64,000 nt of DNA from an uncultured delta proteobacterium (GTDB lineage: Bacteria > Desulfobacterota > WTBG01 > CAIYCZ01). The notes beneath the pieces were generated by a model that saw nothing but the letters and a program-made list of their open reading frames with translations, did not search any database and had not been told where the DNA came from. The DNA lies in contig CAWDOY010000015.1 of assembly GCA_963803975.1 (NCBI GenBank), positions 1 to 64,000 of the forward strand, in the 5' to 3' direction. This document shows, piece after piece, positions 32,115 through 44,438 of this stretch; position 1 is the first letter of the stretch; the number at the start of each line of letters is the position of its first letter. A program made the position numbers and the translations under genes.

Positions 32115-32606
32115 ATGATGTACACAAAAAAAACCTTGTTGTTTGCGCTAATAATTTCTTTTCTGGTTGTCGGGACTGTTCTGTCTTTTTCTGTAAGCCC
32201 GGCATTGTCAGGTGATACGGTACAACTTATTACCCTCAAGTCAGAACATGGTACCGTCTCTCCTGAATCTTTGAAAGCAAAATTAGGAACCACTGTTGTT
32301 TGGTATAATAATGGTCCCGGCCCTGTTACAATAAAGTTCACGACACGGTTAGGGATAGCCTGTTCAGCTCCGGTTAACTTTTATGCTGATATGTTTGGCA
32401 ACTATGAGTCAGTCGCGATTCCGGAGGGTGGAACTGCAAGTATCTGCTTTATTGGTGAGGGAGAATATATCTATACCGTCAGGTGGCTTGTCAGCAAGGG
32501 CAAAGAGAAACCAGTTGAAGTGACTTCAGGCGGTAAGATCATCTCGAGAAGTGATAAGCATATAACACATTTTAAAAGTATATTAAGGGGCGGGTTCTTA
32601 ACTTGA
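32115..32606 (+). CDS. Secreted hypothetical protein (possibly cupredoxin-like fold)
   Basis: Signal peptide; P..L..KLGTTVVWYN and GEYIYTV patterns; AAGGAG RBS. Confidence 0.45.
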   Translation: MMYTKKTLLFALIISFLVVGTVLSFSVSPALSGDTVQLITLKSEHGTVSPESLKAKLGTTVVWYNNGPGPVTIKFTTRLGIACSAPVNFYADMFGNYESVAIPEGGTASICFIGEGEYIYTVRWLVSKGKEKPVEVTSGGKIISRSDKHITHFKSILRGGFLT

Positions 32607-32619
32607 TCCCGCCTTTTTC
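32587..32619 (+). terminator. Intrinsic terminator
   Basis: GGCGGG...CCCGCC-TTTTT. Confidence 0.55.
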
Positions 32620-32657
32620 TTTTGCAGCAACGCAAAGTTTTGTGATTGAACATCATT

Positions 32658-32891
32658 ATGAGTGTAAATAACAACACTATTCAGGAAACAATCCACATTA
32701 CCGGCATGACCTGTGTCGGCTGCGCGCGGACTATTGAAAATGAATTGAGGAAATTTGACGGCATAGAGTATGTAGTCGATTTTCCGGAGCGAAGCGTTAC
32801 CGTCACATATTCTCCTTCTGAATATGACCGGGCGGATTTTGAAAAAGCTATTGAATCCCATGGTTATACAATAAAGGGAAAAACGTATTAA
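32658..32891 (+). CDS. Heavy-metal-associated (HMA/CopZ-like) protein
   Basis: ITGMTCVGCARTIE and AIESHGY. Confidence 0.85.
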   Translation: MSVNNNTIQETIHITGMTCVGCARTIENELRKFDGIEYVVDFPERSVTVTYSPSEYDRADFEKAIESHGYTIKGKTY

Positions 32892-32906
32892 CCGGAGGAA
32901 CAGGCA

Positions 32907-33812
32907 GTGGCACAAGCAACCGGCAGCAATAAAAAGACCTCGACGTGCTGCATCTGCGGCCAGCGCACGCAATACCCCATAGAGCTCAATGAAAAGCTGT
33001 ACTGTTCATCAGCCTGCCTCAATACATACCGTGATGCTGCAGGTGAGCAGCAGTTTCAAAAGGACTCGCTTGCCACGTTTGAAAAAAAGCGGGACACGGG
33101 CTGGATTCCCGAGCGGGCACTTATGTACATCAACATGTGCCGCAGGTGCACTAAGAATTTGCGGGAGATGTGTAAAGCAAATCAGTTTGTCAGCGGCATG
33201 CATCGAGACGCATTGCGCAGAACGGAAACCGTTCCCTGGTGCTGCCACGCCCGCTTCAATCTCAGCTCCTCCCTGTCTGATGGGACGGTGCCCGTATCCT
33301 CAGCCCGGAAGATACAGCAGCGGGCGGAAGATATGGTAAAGAATCCGGCTGTGTGCGAAGCGCTTGTCGGGCCGGAAACGCTGCGCGCAAAAATGGCAAA
33401 ACCGGACGGATTAAAGGGGGTTACAACGACGATCCTGGACATCGCGGCAGCCGAGATGGCACAAGCGCCGGAATATAAAGCACAGGCAGATAAAACCCCT
33501 CAGGAGCAGGGCGAAATCATGATTCATTATGCTGCCTGTCTTGAATGTGACCCGGTCTTCGGCGCTGAATGTGAAGAGCAGGCAGTGGAAAAGGAACTCA
33601 ATCAGTGTATTGAAAAAGTCTCGCCTCTGACCCATGCCCTCTGGTGTGAGCATACCATACATGCCCTCTCAGCACTCATGCTCAATAAACACATGACGGC
33701 AGAGATACTGCGGCAGATCATAGATGCTGCGGAACATATCGCTCAAGAGAAAAATGACCCGGGAATAAATACCCGGCATCTGTTTATTGCGCTGGGCAGA
33801 GCAGTTATCTGA
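32907..33812 (+). CDS. Cys-rich hypothetical protein
   Basis: CCICG...YCSSAC, CRRC...C, WCCH and CLECD...C; GGAGG RBS. Confidence 0.6.
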   Translation: MAQATGSNKKTSTCCICGQRTQYPIELNEKLYCSSACLNTYRDAAGEQQFQKDSLATFEKKRDTGWIPERALMYINMCRRCTKNLREMCKANQFVSGMHRDALRRTETVPWCCHARFNLSSSLSDGTVPVSSARKIQQRAEDMVKNPAVCEALVGPETLRAKMAKPDGLKGVTTTILDIAAAEMAQAPEYKAQADKTPQEQGEIMIHYAACLECDPVFGAECEEQAVEKELNQCIEKVSPLTHALWCEHTIHALSALMLNKHMTAEILRQIIDAAEHIAQEKNDPGINTRHLFIALGRAVI

Positions 33813-33839
33813 TACATCTTTCACCGGAACAAAATTACT

Positions 33840-35307
33840 ATGGATGACCCCGTTGTTCCTGATAACAGACTCGTCCTGGTAACCGGGGCAAGCGGTTACG
33901 TGGGCGGTCGCCTTCTGCGCGAGCTTGAGCGCCGGGGATATCGTGCCCGCTGCCTGGTGCGCAGGCCTGAATTCGTTTCCCACCGGTCCCCTCCATCCAC
34001 GGAAATCGCTAAGGGTGATGTTTTTGATACAGCCTCTCTCGATCGCGCCATGGCGGGTGTCCACACTGCATATTTTCTGGTTCATTCCCTGGCTGCATCG
34101 GGTTCATTTGAAGAAAATGACCGCATTGCAGCAGAAAACTTCGCCCGCGCCGCTGAAAAAGCCGCGCGTGCAGCGCATCATCTATCTGGGCGGGCTCGGT
34201 GCTGGCCAAGGTCTTTCGCCCCACCTGTCGAGCCGGCAGGAAGTCGGTGCAATTCTCAGACAATCAAAAGTGCCCGCCATTGAATTCCGCGCTTCAGTCA
34301 TTCTTGGCTCCGGCAGCCTTTCCTTTGAACTGGTGCGGGCGCTTGTTGAGCGCCTGCCCATTATGACGACACCGCGCTGGGTACGGACAAAAACCCAGCC
34401 GATTGCCATAGAAGATGTGATCGCGTATCTGATCGCAGCGATTGATAGTACGCTTGAGGCAAGCACTGTTTTTGAAATCGGCTGCGCTGACATCACCTCT
34501 TACGACGGCATCATGCGGGAGTATGCCCGGCAGCGCGGTCTGAAACGGCTCATAATACCCGTGCCGTGGCTCAACCCGTGGCTCTCAGGCTTCTGGCTTG
34601 CCCTGGTGACTCCTCTGTATTATAAAATCGGCCGCTGGCTGATTGAAGGGGTGAAAAACGAGACAATCGTGCATGATGCCAGGGCGCTTGCGGTATTTAA
34701 TATCAGACCCCGGGGTGTGCGGGAGGCAATTCAGCGGGCGCTTGCCAATGAAGACCAGGAGTTTGCAGCGACCCGCTGGGCAGATGCTGCTCCTTCATAT
34801 CTGAAAACCGGCCGGGGCGGAGGCAGGGTTGGGAACCGCTTTGTTTATTCCCGGGAAATACAAGTGCCCTATCCGCCGGATGAGTGCTTTAAACCAATAC
34901 ACTGCATTGGGGGTACTACCGGCTGGTATGCACTGAACTGGCTGTGGAGCCTGCGGGGCTTTATTGACAAGATTGCCGGCGGGGTCGGCTCAAACAGGGG
35001 GCGCCGCAATCCCCGATGCCTGTTGCCCGGTGACACCATCGACTTCTGGCGGGTTGAAGCAATTGAGCAGGACCGCATGCTGCGCCTGTTCTCTGAATTG
35101 AAGGCGCCGGGAAGGGCGTGGCTGCAGATCGAGGTGAAGGCAGATGCATCCAATTCTATTATCAGGCTGACATCAATTTTTGACCCCGTAGGCCTTGCCG
35201 GATTGCTCTACTGGTATGTCCTCTACCCCTTTCATGTCCTTGTGTTCAGAGGAATGCTGCGGGGTATCGCAAAAACAATCCGCAGCAGTCAGCCCTTGCA
35301 AAAATGA
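33840..35307 (+). CDS. YbjT-like NAD(P)-binding SDR with DUF2867 (frameshifted)
   Basis: LVTGASGYVG, GSGSLSFE, TQPIAIEDV and DFWRVE. Confidence 0.85.
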
Positions 35308-35384
35308 ATATCCGCACTTATAATCATACGTAAGGGTAGTAGCTTTTCACCACAGCAATTCATCTTCTATCCAGCAATAAGCCA

Positions 35385-36890
35385 GTGAATAATGTATACA
35401 CACCGACACGGGAAGATCTGTTCTGTACAGACCTTCCGACACGACCTGTACCGGGAGTGGGCAAAATTCTTATTACCGGCGCTTCCGGCTATATTGGCGG
35501 AAGATTGGTCAATGAGCTGCTCGCAAGAGGCTACCAGGTTCGGGTTATCATCCGGGAGAATGCCACGCACTACCAGGAGCTCTGGCCCCAAGCGGAAGTA
35601 GTTGTTGCAGATGCCCTCAAATATGAAACCCTTCAGCACGCCCTCAACCAGATAGATACCGCGTTTTACCTCATACACTCGCTTCTTCTTGGCCAGCACC
35701 AGTTTTACGATGCGGACATAACGGCGGCACACAATTTCAGGGAGGCCGCCCGCAAAATCATGTTAAGCGGATTATTTATCTGGGCGGGCTGGGAGATGCT
35801 GCAGCTCTGTTATCTGATCATTTGCGCAGCAGAATCCATGTATCCGAGGAACTACAGAAAGGCCCGGTCCCGGTTACGATTCTCAGGGCCGCCACCATCA
35901 TGGGATCGGGAAGCGCGTCCTATGAGATTATAAAACACCTGATAAAAAAAGTTCCCGTCATCAGTGTACCCAAATGGGCCAATACCCGATGCCAGCCAAT
36001 TGCAATCCGCGATGTGATAAAATACCTGGTAGGATGTCTGGAGAACCCGGCAACCGCGGGAAAATCGTTTGACATCGGCGGCCAAGATATACTGACCTAC
36101 CGTGCAGATGCTGGAGATATTTGCTGAGATTACCGGGAAAAAACGGGTTTTTTTCAGAGGCCCCTTTTCCCGCCTGGGTTTCTACTGCATACATTGCAAG
36201 CCTCGTCACACCGGTTCCCGCGCCCATAATCCAATCTTTGATGGAGGGGCTGAAAAATGAAGTCGTGTGCAAAAACGATTCGAATAAAACAGTTTATACC
36301 GTTTGAAACGCTGTCTTATAGAGAAGCCATACAACGGGCGCTGCAGCGGGAGGAGCAGGACAAGGTCTACACCCGGTGGTCAGATGCCTATCCAAAGGAC
36401 CACAGCCTCGCTATGAAGCTCAGTGAACTGGGGCGGATTCCCTACTACACGACGACCTATTCGATCCTGACTGACAAGAGCGCAGAAGCGCTGTATGCGT
36501 CAATCTGCAGAATCGGGGGAAAAGAAGGCTGGTTTCAGAACAACTGGATGTGGCGGCTCAGGGGTATGATAGACCGTCTCCTGATGGGGGTCGGTTCATC
36601 GAGGGGGCGGCGCAGTGATGTAAGTCTTAAAATAAATGACGTGATAGATTTCTGGCGCGTTGAAGATATCAAGACAAGACAAAAGGCTTCTGCTCAGGGC
36701 AGAAATGAAGCTGCCGGGACGGGGCTGGCTTGAATTCAAAATGGTACCGGAGAAGGGAAAAATTAATTTATCAATTACCGCCTATTACGACACCGACACC
36801 GTGTTCGGCATGCTGTACTGGTATAGTTTTCTCCCGTTTCATAACATGATTTTCAATGATTTAATAAAGCAGATTGAAAAGAGAAGTTAG
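35385..36890 (+). CDS. Second YbjT-like SDR/DUF2867 protein (several frameshifts)
   Basis: ILITGASGYIG, GSGSASYE, CQPIAIRDV, IDFWRVE and EMKLPGRGWL. Confidence 0.8.
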
Positions 36891-37004
36891 ACCTGCCGCA
36901 AGGAGGTTGTTATACTCTCTTATAACTATTATTATGCCTCAAAATTACTCAAATACGGGATAGTTTTCAGTCAATTAAAGCAGGATAAATTCAAGGGGTG
37001 CGTT

Positions 37005-37935
37005 TTAATGCCGTCTCCACCGCGATACGCGCACGATGGTGTACGGTGGCTGCGAATTGACGGCATACAGCCATGGGCCGAAGCGGGCAATCGTTGTTGG
37101 CACATTAAAATCAGGATCGGTGATCGCGCCCACGACAGTGCCGCTTGCGAAATCGCGCGCTAACTTGACGACAGCGATCTGATTCAGCCGATTGCGCACC
37201 ACATACAGCGTGCGCCCCTGCAGGCGTATACCGTCGCCGAAGCTGAGACTCTCAGCGCCTATATCGACTTTGATGGCATTGCCTGTTCGCGGATCGACGC
37301 GGTACAGTTCCCCGCGACTGACGATCAGAAGCCACTCGCCGCCGGACGAAGCCTCGATGCCATTGCTGTTGAAGACAAACGACCCGGGGACCTGAATAAA
37401 GTCGCCGCCCAATGGAATGCGTTCCACCAGGCGATTCATCAGGCAGAGAGCCGAATGGTCCAAGCGGCACGCGGTATATGAAGGGCTGGAAAGAGTCGGT
37501 AAAGTAAGCGGCGTCGCACGTAACAATCACGTCGTTTATGAGGCTGGGGAATGCTGTGGCAAGTTGATACGTGGCCAGCAACGCGCCGCTTTCCGCATCA
37601 AAAGCAAAGGCCTGTCCGCTGAGCGTCCCCGCGGCAAACAGAATGTTGCTTTTTTTATCCACGTAAAGCCCGGCAATTGCGCGGCCGGACGCCGGCGGCA
37701 CCAGAATAGAGCCTTCACCTGTGCACAAAGCGCCTCGATAGATTGAGCCGTTCGCGAGGGAGCCGGCGAAAAAACTGGCCGCGCGGCCGATCGCGATACC
37801 CTCCGGCTGAAAGTCATCGGGCAGGTTGATAATACGCGGAAACAGGCTGTCCGCACGGGCAGCCACAGGCTGCAGCGTCAACACCAGTGCCGCAATCACA
37901 ACGGTGCACCCTAATATCCCCCGTACGTTTCGCAT
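37005..37935 (-). CDS. Secreted SMP-30/gluconolactonase-like beta-propeller protein (frameshifted)
   Basis: Signal peptide, FQPEGIAIG, AYFTDSF, NSNGIEA and GDGIRL..TLYVV. Confidence 0.65.
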
Positions 37936-38017
37936 TGTTTAGTGTTCTCCTCTATTGATTCCAAACAAAGTATTCTTATGCAGTGTTCAGGCAGTTTTCT
38001 TCGTGGCCCGCGTGTAA

Positions 38018-38458
38018 TTAAATAGTAATGATCACACGCATGCGGTTTTGATGGATCGAGGGCCCGGGATCCAGGTACTCTAACTTTTTCGGGGTAATCT
38101 TGAGCAAACAATAGTCGGGATCAGAAGGGCCGTGTGGAAAAAAGAAACCAAATGGTTCCTGCCAATATTTTTTACGGAGCCGGTTATCTGTGACAATCTC
38201 TGCTTTCCCGATAATGGATGCGTTTGTCTGATCATTTGGATCATCCACAAACACACTCACGGTGGGATTTTTTTTGATATCCTTTATTTTGCTGGTACTT
38301 AATCCGGTAGCAAACCATATAACAAAATCCTTGCCAAGGGGAAGGTTGGTCATGATCCTTCCGTGGGGTGCTCCATCGGAGCCGAAGGTAATGAGTTTCG
38401 AATACCTGTTGCGCTTGATTAATTCAACCACCTTTTTCTTTAAATCATCCTTTGCCAT
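38018..38458 (-). CDS. Pyridoxamine 5'-phosphate oxidase-like / general stress protein 26 family
   Basis: IWFAT..SKIKDIKKNP and FFPHGPSDPDYCLLKI. Confidence 0.8.
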   Translation of the reverse strand: MAKDDLKKKVVELIKRNRYSKLITFGSDGAPHGRIMTNLPLGKDFVIWFATGLSTSKIKDIKKNPTVSVFVDDPNDQTNASIIGKAEIVTDNRLRKKYWQEPFGFFFPHGPSDPDYCLLKITPKKLEYLDPGPSIHQNRMRVIITI

Positions 38459-38540
38459 GATTGATCTCCTTTTATTTACAGGAACTTGTTTGCGAGTGCC
38501 TGTAATACAAACCCTTGTTTTTATTACAGGTTATGTCCCG

Positions 38541-39134
38541 TTACTGTTTCTCGGTTTTCTCAACCGGTATATGGACTTCAGAACGCTTCAGGAACCACGG
38601 CATAAAGGGCGCATCCCAGAACACTGCATAGACATCACCAGATTGCCGGTATTCTTTATTATCCTTAAGCCATTGTTCCAGCTGCGCTCGAGCTTTTTCA
38701 AAACTGCCTTCCGTATAAACACCCCTGATGCCGATGCTGACCACCGTGCGCTGCGGTACTGTTACTATCCGCACGCTGCCCTGATCTTGCAGCGCCTTTA
38801 CTTTATCTTTTGTCCCCACATAAAATTTCATCTGGGCATTTTCAATGCGTGCTTCAACAGGAGTCGTCATGGCCACATTGTTTTCACTTATGTAATTAAA
38901 CAGCCGCCGAAAAAGGTAATTGCGGGTGCGATAATAATTTCCTTCACCCTCGGACACCATCACCTTTGACTCAGGGATAATCTTCACTTCGATTTTGCCG
39001 GCCGGTGTTTTTTTAAATGCTTCCTCAACGCCATAGATGTTTTTAATCATAAGCGGCACTCCAACAAAAATGAGCAATATAAATATTAATAAATAACTTA
39101 TCCATCGAGGAAAACCCGTCTTTTTTTCATTCAT
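38541..39134 (-). CDS. SOUL heme-binding family protein
   Basis: FRRLFNYI, AMTTPV and PFMPWFLKRSEV. Confidence 0.85.
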   Translation of the reverse strand: MNEKKTGFPRWISYLLIFILLIFVGVPLMIKNIYGVEEAFKKTPAGKIEVKIIPESKVMVSEGEGNYYRTRNYLFRRLFNYISENNVAMTTPVEARIENAQMKFYVGTKDKVKALQDQGSVRIVTVPQRTVVSIGIRGVYTEGSFEKARAQLEQWLKDNKEYRQSGDVYAVFWDAPFMPWFLKRSEVHIPVEKTEKQ

Positions 39135-39275
39135 TACCTCTGCGTGATTTATTGCGGCTTTAGCTTAATGCTTCAGACTTCCAGAGATATGGCATGCTGT
39201 AGGTTCAGCCACGGCATAAATGCGCTCCTACAGAAATATCAAATATCTTTGGCTATCATTACAACACTAATAGTA

Positions 39276-39923
39276 CTATCTTCCTGTTTCATTGATAATG
39301 CCAGGCAATTCTTTTTTATATACTCCATATACTGCTTCCAGCGTTGCTTTTGCTACCATCTCTGAACGCTGGTGCTCAAAACCCCGCGCCTTGGTATACA
39401 GTTTATCGATTATGATTTCAGGCGGGATCAGGAACTGTCTGGTCTCACTGCCTGCAAACTCCTTGACAACAATAGACCGTGCTCCCAGAGGTTTGTTGTC
39501 TTTGATTGCTTCAACGTGCAGGGTAAATGAAACATACGACCGCTTTGTGGGCCAGGGGAAATTCCACTTGTAGGAAAAATCAGTTATATAGCTCTGCACC
39601 GCTAAGTTATTCTGTTTTAATGCGGGAGAATCCGGGAGTCTGCTCAATACCGTGCGTGCAGCTATCTCCTGTATTGATTTTAAATCAACGGTTACTCCCC
39701 AGGTCATGTAGCCAATAGATGAAGGCCGACCCGTGTAAACTTCGATACCCTTCTCAGCCACTGAGAATGGTATTTGTATTTTTTGTGCTGTGGGCTGAGT
39801 CGCAGAAGCTTCCTTAATCCAGGACTCATCAACTTTGGCCATCCTGCCGGTGCAGGCGGAAAGGGTGAGCAAAGCTGCCAGCAGATAAAGATGGAAGATA
39901 GTATGCACTGATAGTTTTTTCAT
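39276..39923 (-). CDS. Hypothetical lipoprotein
   Basis: Lipobox LSAC after a hydrophobic stretch; AGGAG RBS. Confidence 0.6.
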   Translation of the reverse strand: MKKLSVHTIFHLYLLAALLTLSACTGRMAKVDESWIKEASATQPTAQKIQIPFSVAEKGIEVYTGRPSSIGYMTWGVTVDLKSIQEIAARTVLSRLPDSPALKQNNLAVQSYITDFSYKWNFPWPTKRSYVSFTLHVEAIKDNKPLGARSIVVKEFAGSETRQFLIPPEIIIDKLYTKARGFEHQRSEMVAKATLEAVYGVYKKELPGIINETGR

Positions 39924-40108
39924 AATACACCGCTCCTTTTCCGTTACGCATTTTACATCTTATCCACAGAGCACCATGAGAAAAATAGCGCTCTGAAACA
40001 CATTCCCCGGGAAGATACAATCAGCACCTCTATATTTCCCGGATTAAAGATTTTATCTTTATTTCTGTGATGAACGCAAGATGTATCTGCGCGGGTCATA
40101 ACAAATAT

Positions 40109-41239
40109 TTAAAAAATGCCCCCAAGACTTCCCGCATAACCGGTCAGCTCAACATAGCCCTCGCATTGCACCGCTCTCCCCCCGGACGTCCCCTTCCCTG
40201 CCACAGCCCCTTCCCAGTAGATAATGCCGGTTGACTGCCGGGTATCAAGTTCCTGGTCCGGAACAAGGGGTGAGATAATTATATCGATTTGACTGGACGG
40301 TATTGCAATTCTCCACTTGCATGGATATTGACCGCTGCTTTTGGGGCTCTTCCATGTATCAAGTACTGTCACTGAAAAATCTGATAGTTTCAAATGCCGA
40401 AAGGACCCATCAGGTTCAATGATAGTTCCCGATGATTCTTGATTGATTGTTTTATCTGTTTTTCGCAACAGGTAAATCATCAGATCCCTGCCATCAGATA
40501 AATGCAGGCCGAACCAGTCCCATCCCTCCTGATCGCGGCTAAGCTGAGTGGAGCCGAATTCATGATCAAACCAGCTTGTTCCCTGCACAGAAATCTGCGG
40601 CCCATTGGGCTTTGTTTGTATGCTCCCCCTGGTCTCAAGGTCGGTAAACGATGTGTAATAAGAGGCCTGTCCCTTTCCCGATCCCTTTTTACTGAGGCCG
40701 CGATCACCATGAAAAACCAGAGGCTTCCGCGGCTTCAATTCGAGCTTGAGCTGCAGCTCATTATTTTGAGCCTCGAGAAAGATGGTGTTTTCTTCCATCT
40801 TTGCTTTCCAGTTAAACAGCCATACATGCATCTGTTCTGCGAGAGCACCTGCTAATCCGGGACCTGACCGTGACATACGCTCATCCATGAGGAACTGGCC
40901 GGTGCTCACATCGGTGATAGTGAAATGAGCGCTGTAAATGTCACGCACAGACCAGGCATTTGCGTTGCTGCCAGTCTGCTCCCGCAGGCCGTGGCGGAAG
41001 AAGGTAAGCTGATATCCATACCGGTTGCCTGTATCGTCCTTTAGATTTCCGGTAAAGTACCACCACTCCGTGCGATACTCCGGATGCGCGCCGTGATCAC
41101 GGGGGAAAATCCATGCGCGCGGCTCAAGCGCAAGCTGCCACTGATCAGCAGCATCAGCATAAGCCCCCGTGCCGAACAACACAAAGGCAAGAAAAGCCGC
41201 CGCCAAAATAAAGGGTTCAAAACATTTGCAATTTGTCAT
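40109..41239 (-). CDS. AttH/CrtC-like lipocalin-fold protein
   Basis: FPRDHGAHPEYRTEWWYFTG, WFDHEF, GWDWF, YWEGAV and GYVELTGY. Confidence 0.9.
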   Translation of the reverse strand: MTNCKCFEPFILAAAFLAFVLFGTGAYADAADQWQLALEPRAWIFPRDHGAHPEYRTEWWYFTGNLKDDTGNRYGYQLTFFRHGLREQTGSNANAWSVRDIYSAHFTITDVSTGQFLMDERMSRSGPGLAGALAEQMHVWLFNWKAKMEENTIFLEAQNNELQLKLELKPRKPLVFHGDRGLSKKGSGKGQASYYTSFTDLETRGSIQTKPNGPQISVQGTSWFDHEFGSTQLSRDQEGWDWFGLHLSDGRDLMIYLLRKTDKTINQESSGTIIEPDGSFRHLKLSDFSVTVLDTWKSPKSSGQYPCKWRIAIPSSQIDIIISPLVPDQELDTRQSTGIIYWEGAVAGKGTSGGRAVQCEGYVELTGYAGSLGGIF

Positions 41240-41264
41240 TTGGTCTTTGACATTCCTGTACTAT

Positions 41265-43749
41265 CTATTCCTCGCGAATCTGCATTTGCGGGTAGGTGCG
41301 GCAGATTCTCCAGACCGGATACACTGCAGCCCCGATGCTTGCAAGCAAGGCAGTCAGGGCTGCCAGCAGATACGGCTTCCATTCAAAAAAATAAAAAACA
41401 GTCCAGTTAAAGCTGTGAAAGTTTATCACCTTGATCAGGACAAATGCGAGTGCGGTGCCGACAACCGCGCACAGCACAAAGCTCACCAGTCCCATGGCGA
41501 TGCCCTCCATGAGCGTCATGCCCGCCACCTGGACTGTTGAGAAACCGAGCGCCCGGTAAATGCCAAATTCCCGCTGGCGCTCTATAAAAAGAGTAAGCAG
41601 GGCATTGGCAATGCCAAAGAATGCAACTATGATTGCAATCAGGCGCATGGACTGTGTTACTGCAAACGTGGAGTCAAATACCGCGAGGATGCCTTCGTGC
41701 ATCTGCTGCTGCGACACAACGGGGAGCTTCCAGCGCAGGGCAGTGTTCTTTATTGTTTCTATCAGGGCATCGCGCCTGGCACTATCTTTATCAATAAAGA
41801 CTGCGACACTGTCTATGGTGCGGTCTCCAAACAGTTTCAGATACATTGACCGGTCCATCATGATAAGGCCGTGCTCGCTGGTATAGTCATAAAACACCCC
41901 GGCTATTTTCAAGGGGTGATCGTCCGGCAACACTGTCAAGAGTGACCGTGTCGCCGGCACTGAGGCTAAACCTGCGAAAAAAGCTTTCTGAGACTATTAC
42001 ATCACCCGCTTTGACAGAGTCCCAGTTCTCGTTATTGCCGGTAAGCCAGCCGAAACGGGCATATTTCTGCAGGACTGCTGCATCCACAGCTGCTATCCGG
42101 ATCGTCACCCCCTGGTAGAGAAACTGCACATTGCGGTAGGTATCAATCCCGGCGATTCCCCTGATGTTTTTTATCGCTTCATAGAAAGCCTCCGGCACTT
42201 CGATGTCGGCAGAAGGCGCCACATAGAGGTCTGCGGCAAGCTGGCTTTTCATCCACCACTGCACCGAGCTCCTGAAGCTTCCAATCATTGACCCCAGACC
42301 CACCAGCATGGAAAGGGCAATCATAAACGCTGCAATTGCCACCGCAGTGCGGCTGAGGTTGGTGCGGATATTTGCTGCTGCTATCTGCCCGGGAAGCCCG
42401 CTGCAGAAATAGAGCGTTTTCTTTAACGCAGGGGCTATGGTGACCAGCACCAGCCCGGTGGTCAGGCTTGCTCCGATCAGCAGGAAAAAGGCACCGGCAA
42501 ATCCAAGATAGACATTAAAGCGCGCTGCTGCCAGAAACCCGAAGCTTGCCAGTATCACCGCAAACCCTACTATTGATATTTTAAATGCTGTTGCGCTTTC
42601 TGTCCTGCTGACAACACGACCCTGGAGCGCTTTAACCGGGTCAACCCGTGCTAATTCATAGAGCGGGAAGAACCCGCCGGCAAGGCTTGCGCCGCAGCCA
42701 AGCACCATGCCGTATAAAATAATCCACCAGGTCCAGGGCGGAGCAGTGGGCGTTAAGAAAAAGTAGAGGCTGCTGATGGTCCTGCCCACCAGTCCGGTGA
42801 GTACCTGGCTGAGAAAGTAGCCAAGCACGCCGCCGAGAGCTCCACCCACAAAACCGGAGAGAATAATTTCAAAGAGAAAGGCAAAGACAATTTCTCCCCG
42901 CCGCGCTCCCAGGCTGCGCAAAATGCCGGCATCTTTCTTGCGGCTCACCACGGCAAACATGGCAGTATTATAAATCAGGAATACGCCCACAAACAGGGCA
43001 AGCAAAGAGAGGGCCTCAAGGTTCAGACGGAAAGCCTGGAGCATATCGCTCAGGGCTGCTTTTCGCTCCTCGCTTGCCTGGATGATGAAACCCTTCTCCC
43101 AGCGGGATTTAAATGCCTGCTGATCGCTGAGGATAAGCTCAATGCGATCCACCAGCCCGTGCAGATTAAAAACGTTTTGTGCGTGGGAAATATCCATGAG
43201 CAGGAGCGGTTCTCCCGAGGGATTAGGGAATACGCCGGCAATGGTAAAAGTACCGCGCTCAGTTTTGATAAGGTCCCCCGGGTTGAGCCCCAATTTCTCA
43301 GATAGCCCTGAGTCAACAAAAACCGCACGCTCATCCAGTAAAAAGGTGCGTGCTTCTTTTAGAGAGCGCTGTTCAGAAAACGAAATTGTTGCAAATCCGG
43401 GTCTCATGGCACGGTCAAGAAAGGGGTCTATGCCAAGCACCCGGACCGGCTCGTTGCTTTCAAGCTGCACCTTCCGGTCAATGACCGGAGAAAACGCCTG
43501 AACCGCGGCATCCGCCATAAGGCGTGCGACAATCTTCTCATCCATAGGCCCGACCGGCCCGGTAATGCTATGGGTGGATTTACCTCTGAGGAATTCAACA
43601 GCCCGGGAAAAGCTTGCAAGGGAGGCCTGGGAAGAAAAAGCCATACCCACTGCTGCTGCCACGCCGCAGGCAACGCCAAGAAGCTGGAGAATGCTTAAAC
43701 TGCGGCGCCGTGGTATGTAGCGAAGAAAGGCCTTTGTTACTGTTTTCAT
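41265..43749 (-). CDS. FtsX-like ABC permease (AttF/G-type; frameshifted)
   Basis: Two FtsX halves: GILRSLGA and REFGIYRALG. Confidence 0.85.
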
Positions 43750-44438
43750 GCATCTGGTTCCGGGCAGGAATGATCTTCTTCCAGAACGCCATCCACCATC
43801 CGCATGGTCCGGTCCACATAACGACAGGTGAGCGGGCTGTGAGTGGCAACAATCAAAGTGGTCTTTCGTTCCCGGCAGGTGTGGGACAGAAGGTCAAGTA
43901 TCTGGTTGCCGATCTGTGAGTCTAAATTGCCGGTCGGCTCGTCTGCAAGGATTATGGAAGGCTGCTTTACAAGTGCGCGGGCAATGGCAACCCGCTGCTG
44001 CTCGCCCCCGGAGAGTTCATGGGGAAACCGCTTTTCCTTGCCTTCCAGGCCCAGGGCTTTGAGCGTTTCCAGGGCTGCCTGTTGCTCTTTTTTGCCGGCA
44101 AGCTCAAGGGAGAGAAAAACATTTTCCAGCGCGGTGAGGGTAGGAAGGAGGTTGAAAAACTGGAAGACGAACCCGATGCGGATGCGGCGCAGCATGGTTC
44201 TGCCGTGCTCGCCGAGCGCTGCAAGGTTTTCACCGGCGACTTCTATCAGCCCCTGAGAGGGATGGTCAAGGCCGGCGATCAGGTTGAGGAGCGTGGTTTT
44301 GCCGGACCCGCTTTTGCCGTAGAGCGCTACCAGCTCTCCCGCTGCGACGTCAAGGCTTGCCCCGCGCAGAGCAGCAGTGCTGCTCCCATCGTCACTATAA
44401 TATTTCCAAACATCAGCAACCCGGATTACTGGGGCCAT
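43746..44438 (-). CDS. ABC transporter ATP-binding protein (LolD/AttE-type)
   Basis: [16 protein letters not shown] and [11 protein letters not shown]. Confidence 0.95.
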   Translation of the reverse strand: MAPVIRVADVWKYYSDDGSSTAALRGASLDVAAGELVALYGKSGSGKTTLLNLIAGLDHPSQGLIEVAGENLAALGEHGRTMLRRIRIGFVFQFFNLLPTLTALENVFLSLELAGKKEQQAALETLKALGLEGKEKRFPHELSGGEQQRVAIARALVKQPSIILADEPTGNLDSQIGNQILDLLSHTCRERKTTLIVATHSPLTCRYVDRTMRMVDGVLEEDHSCPEPDA

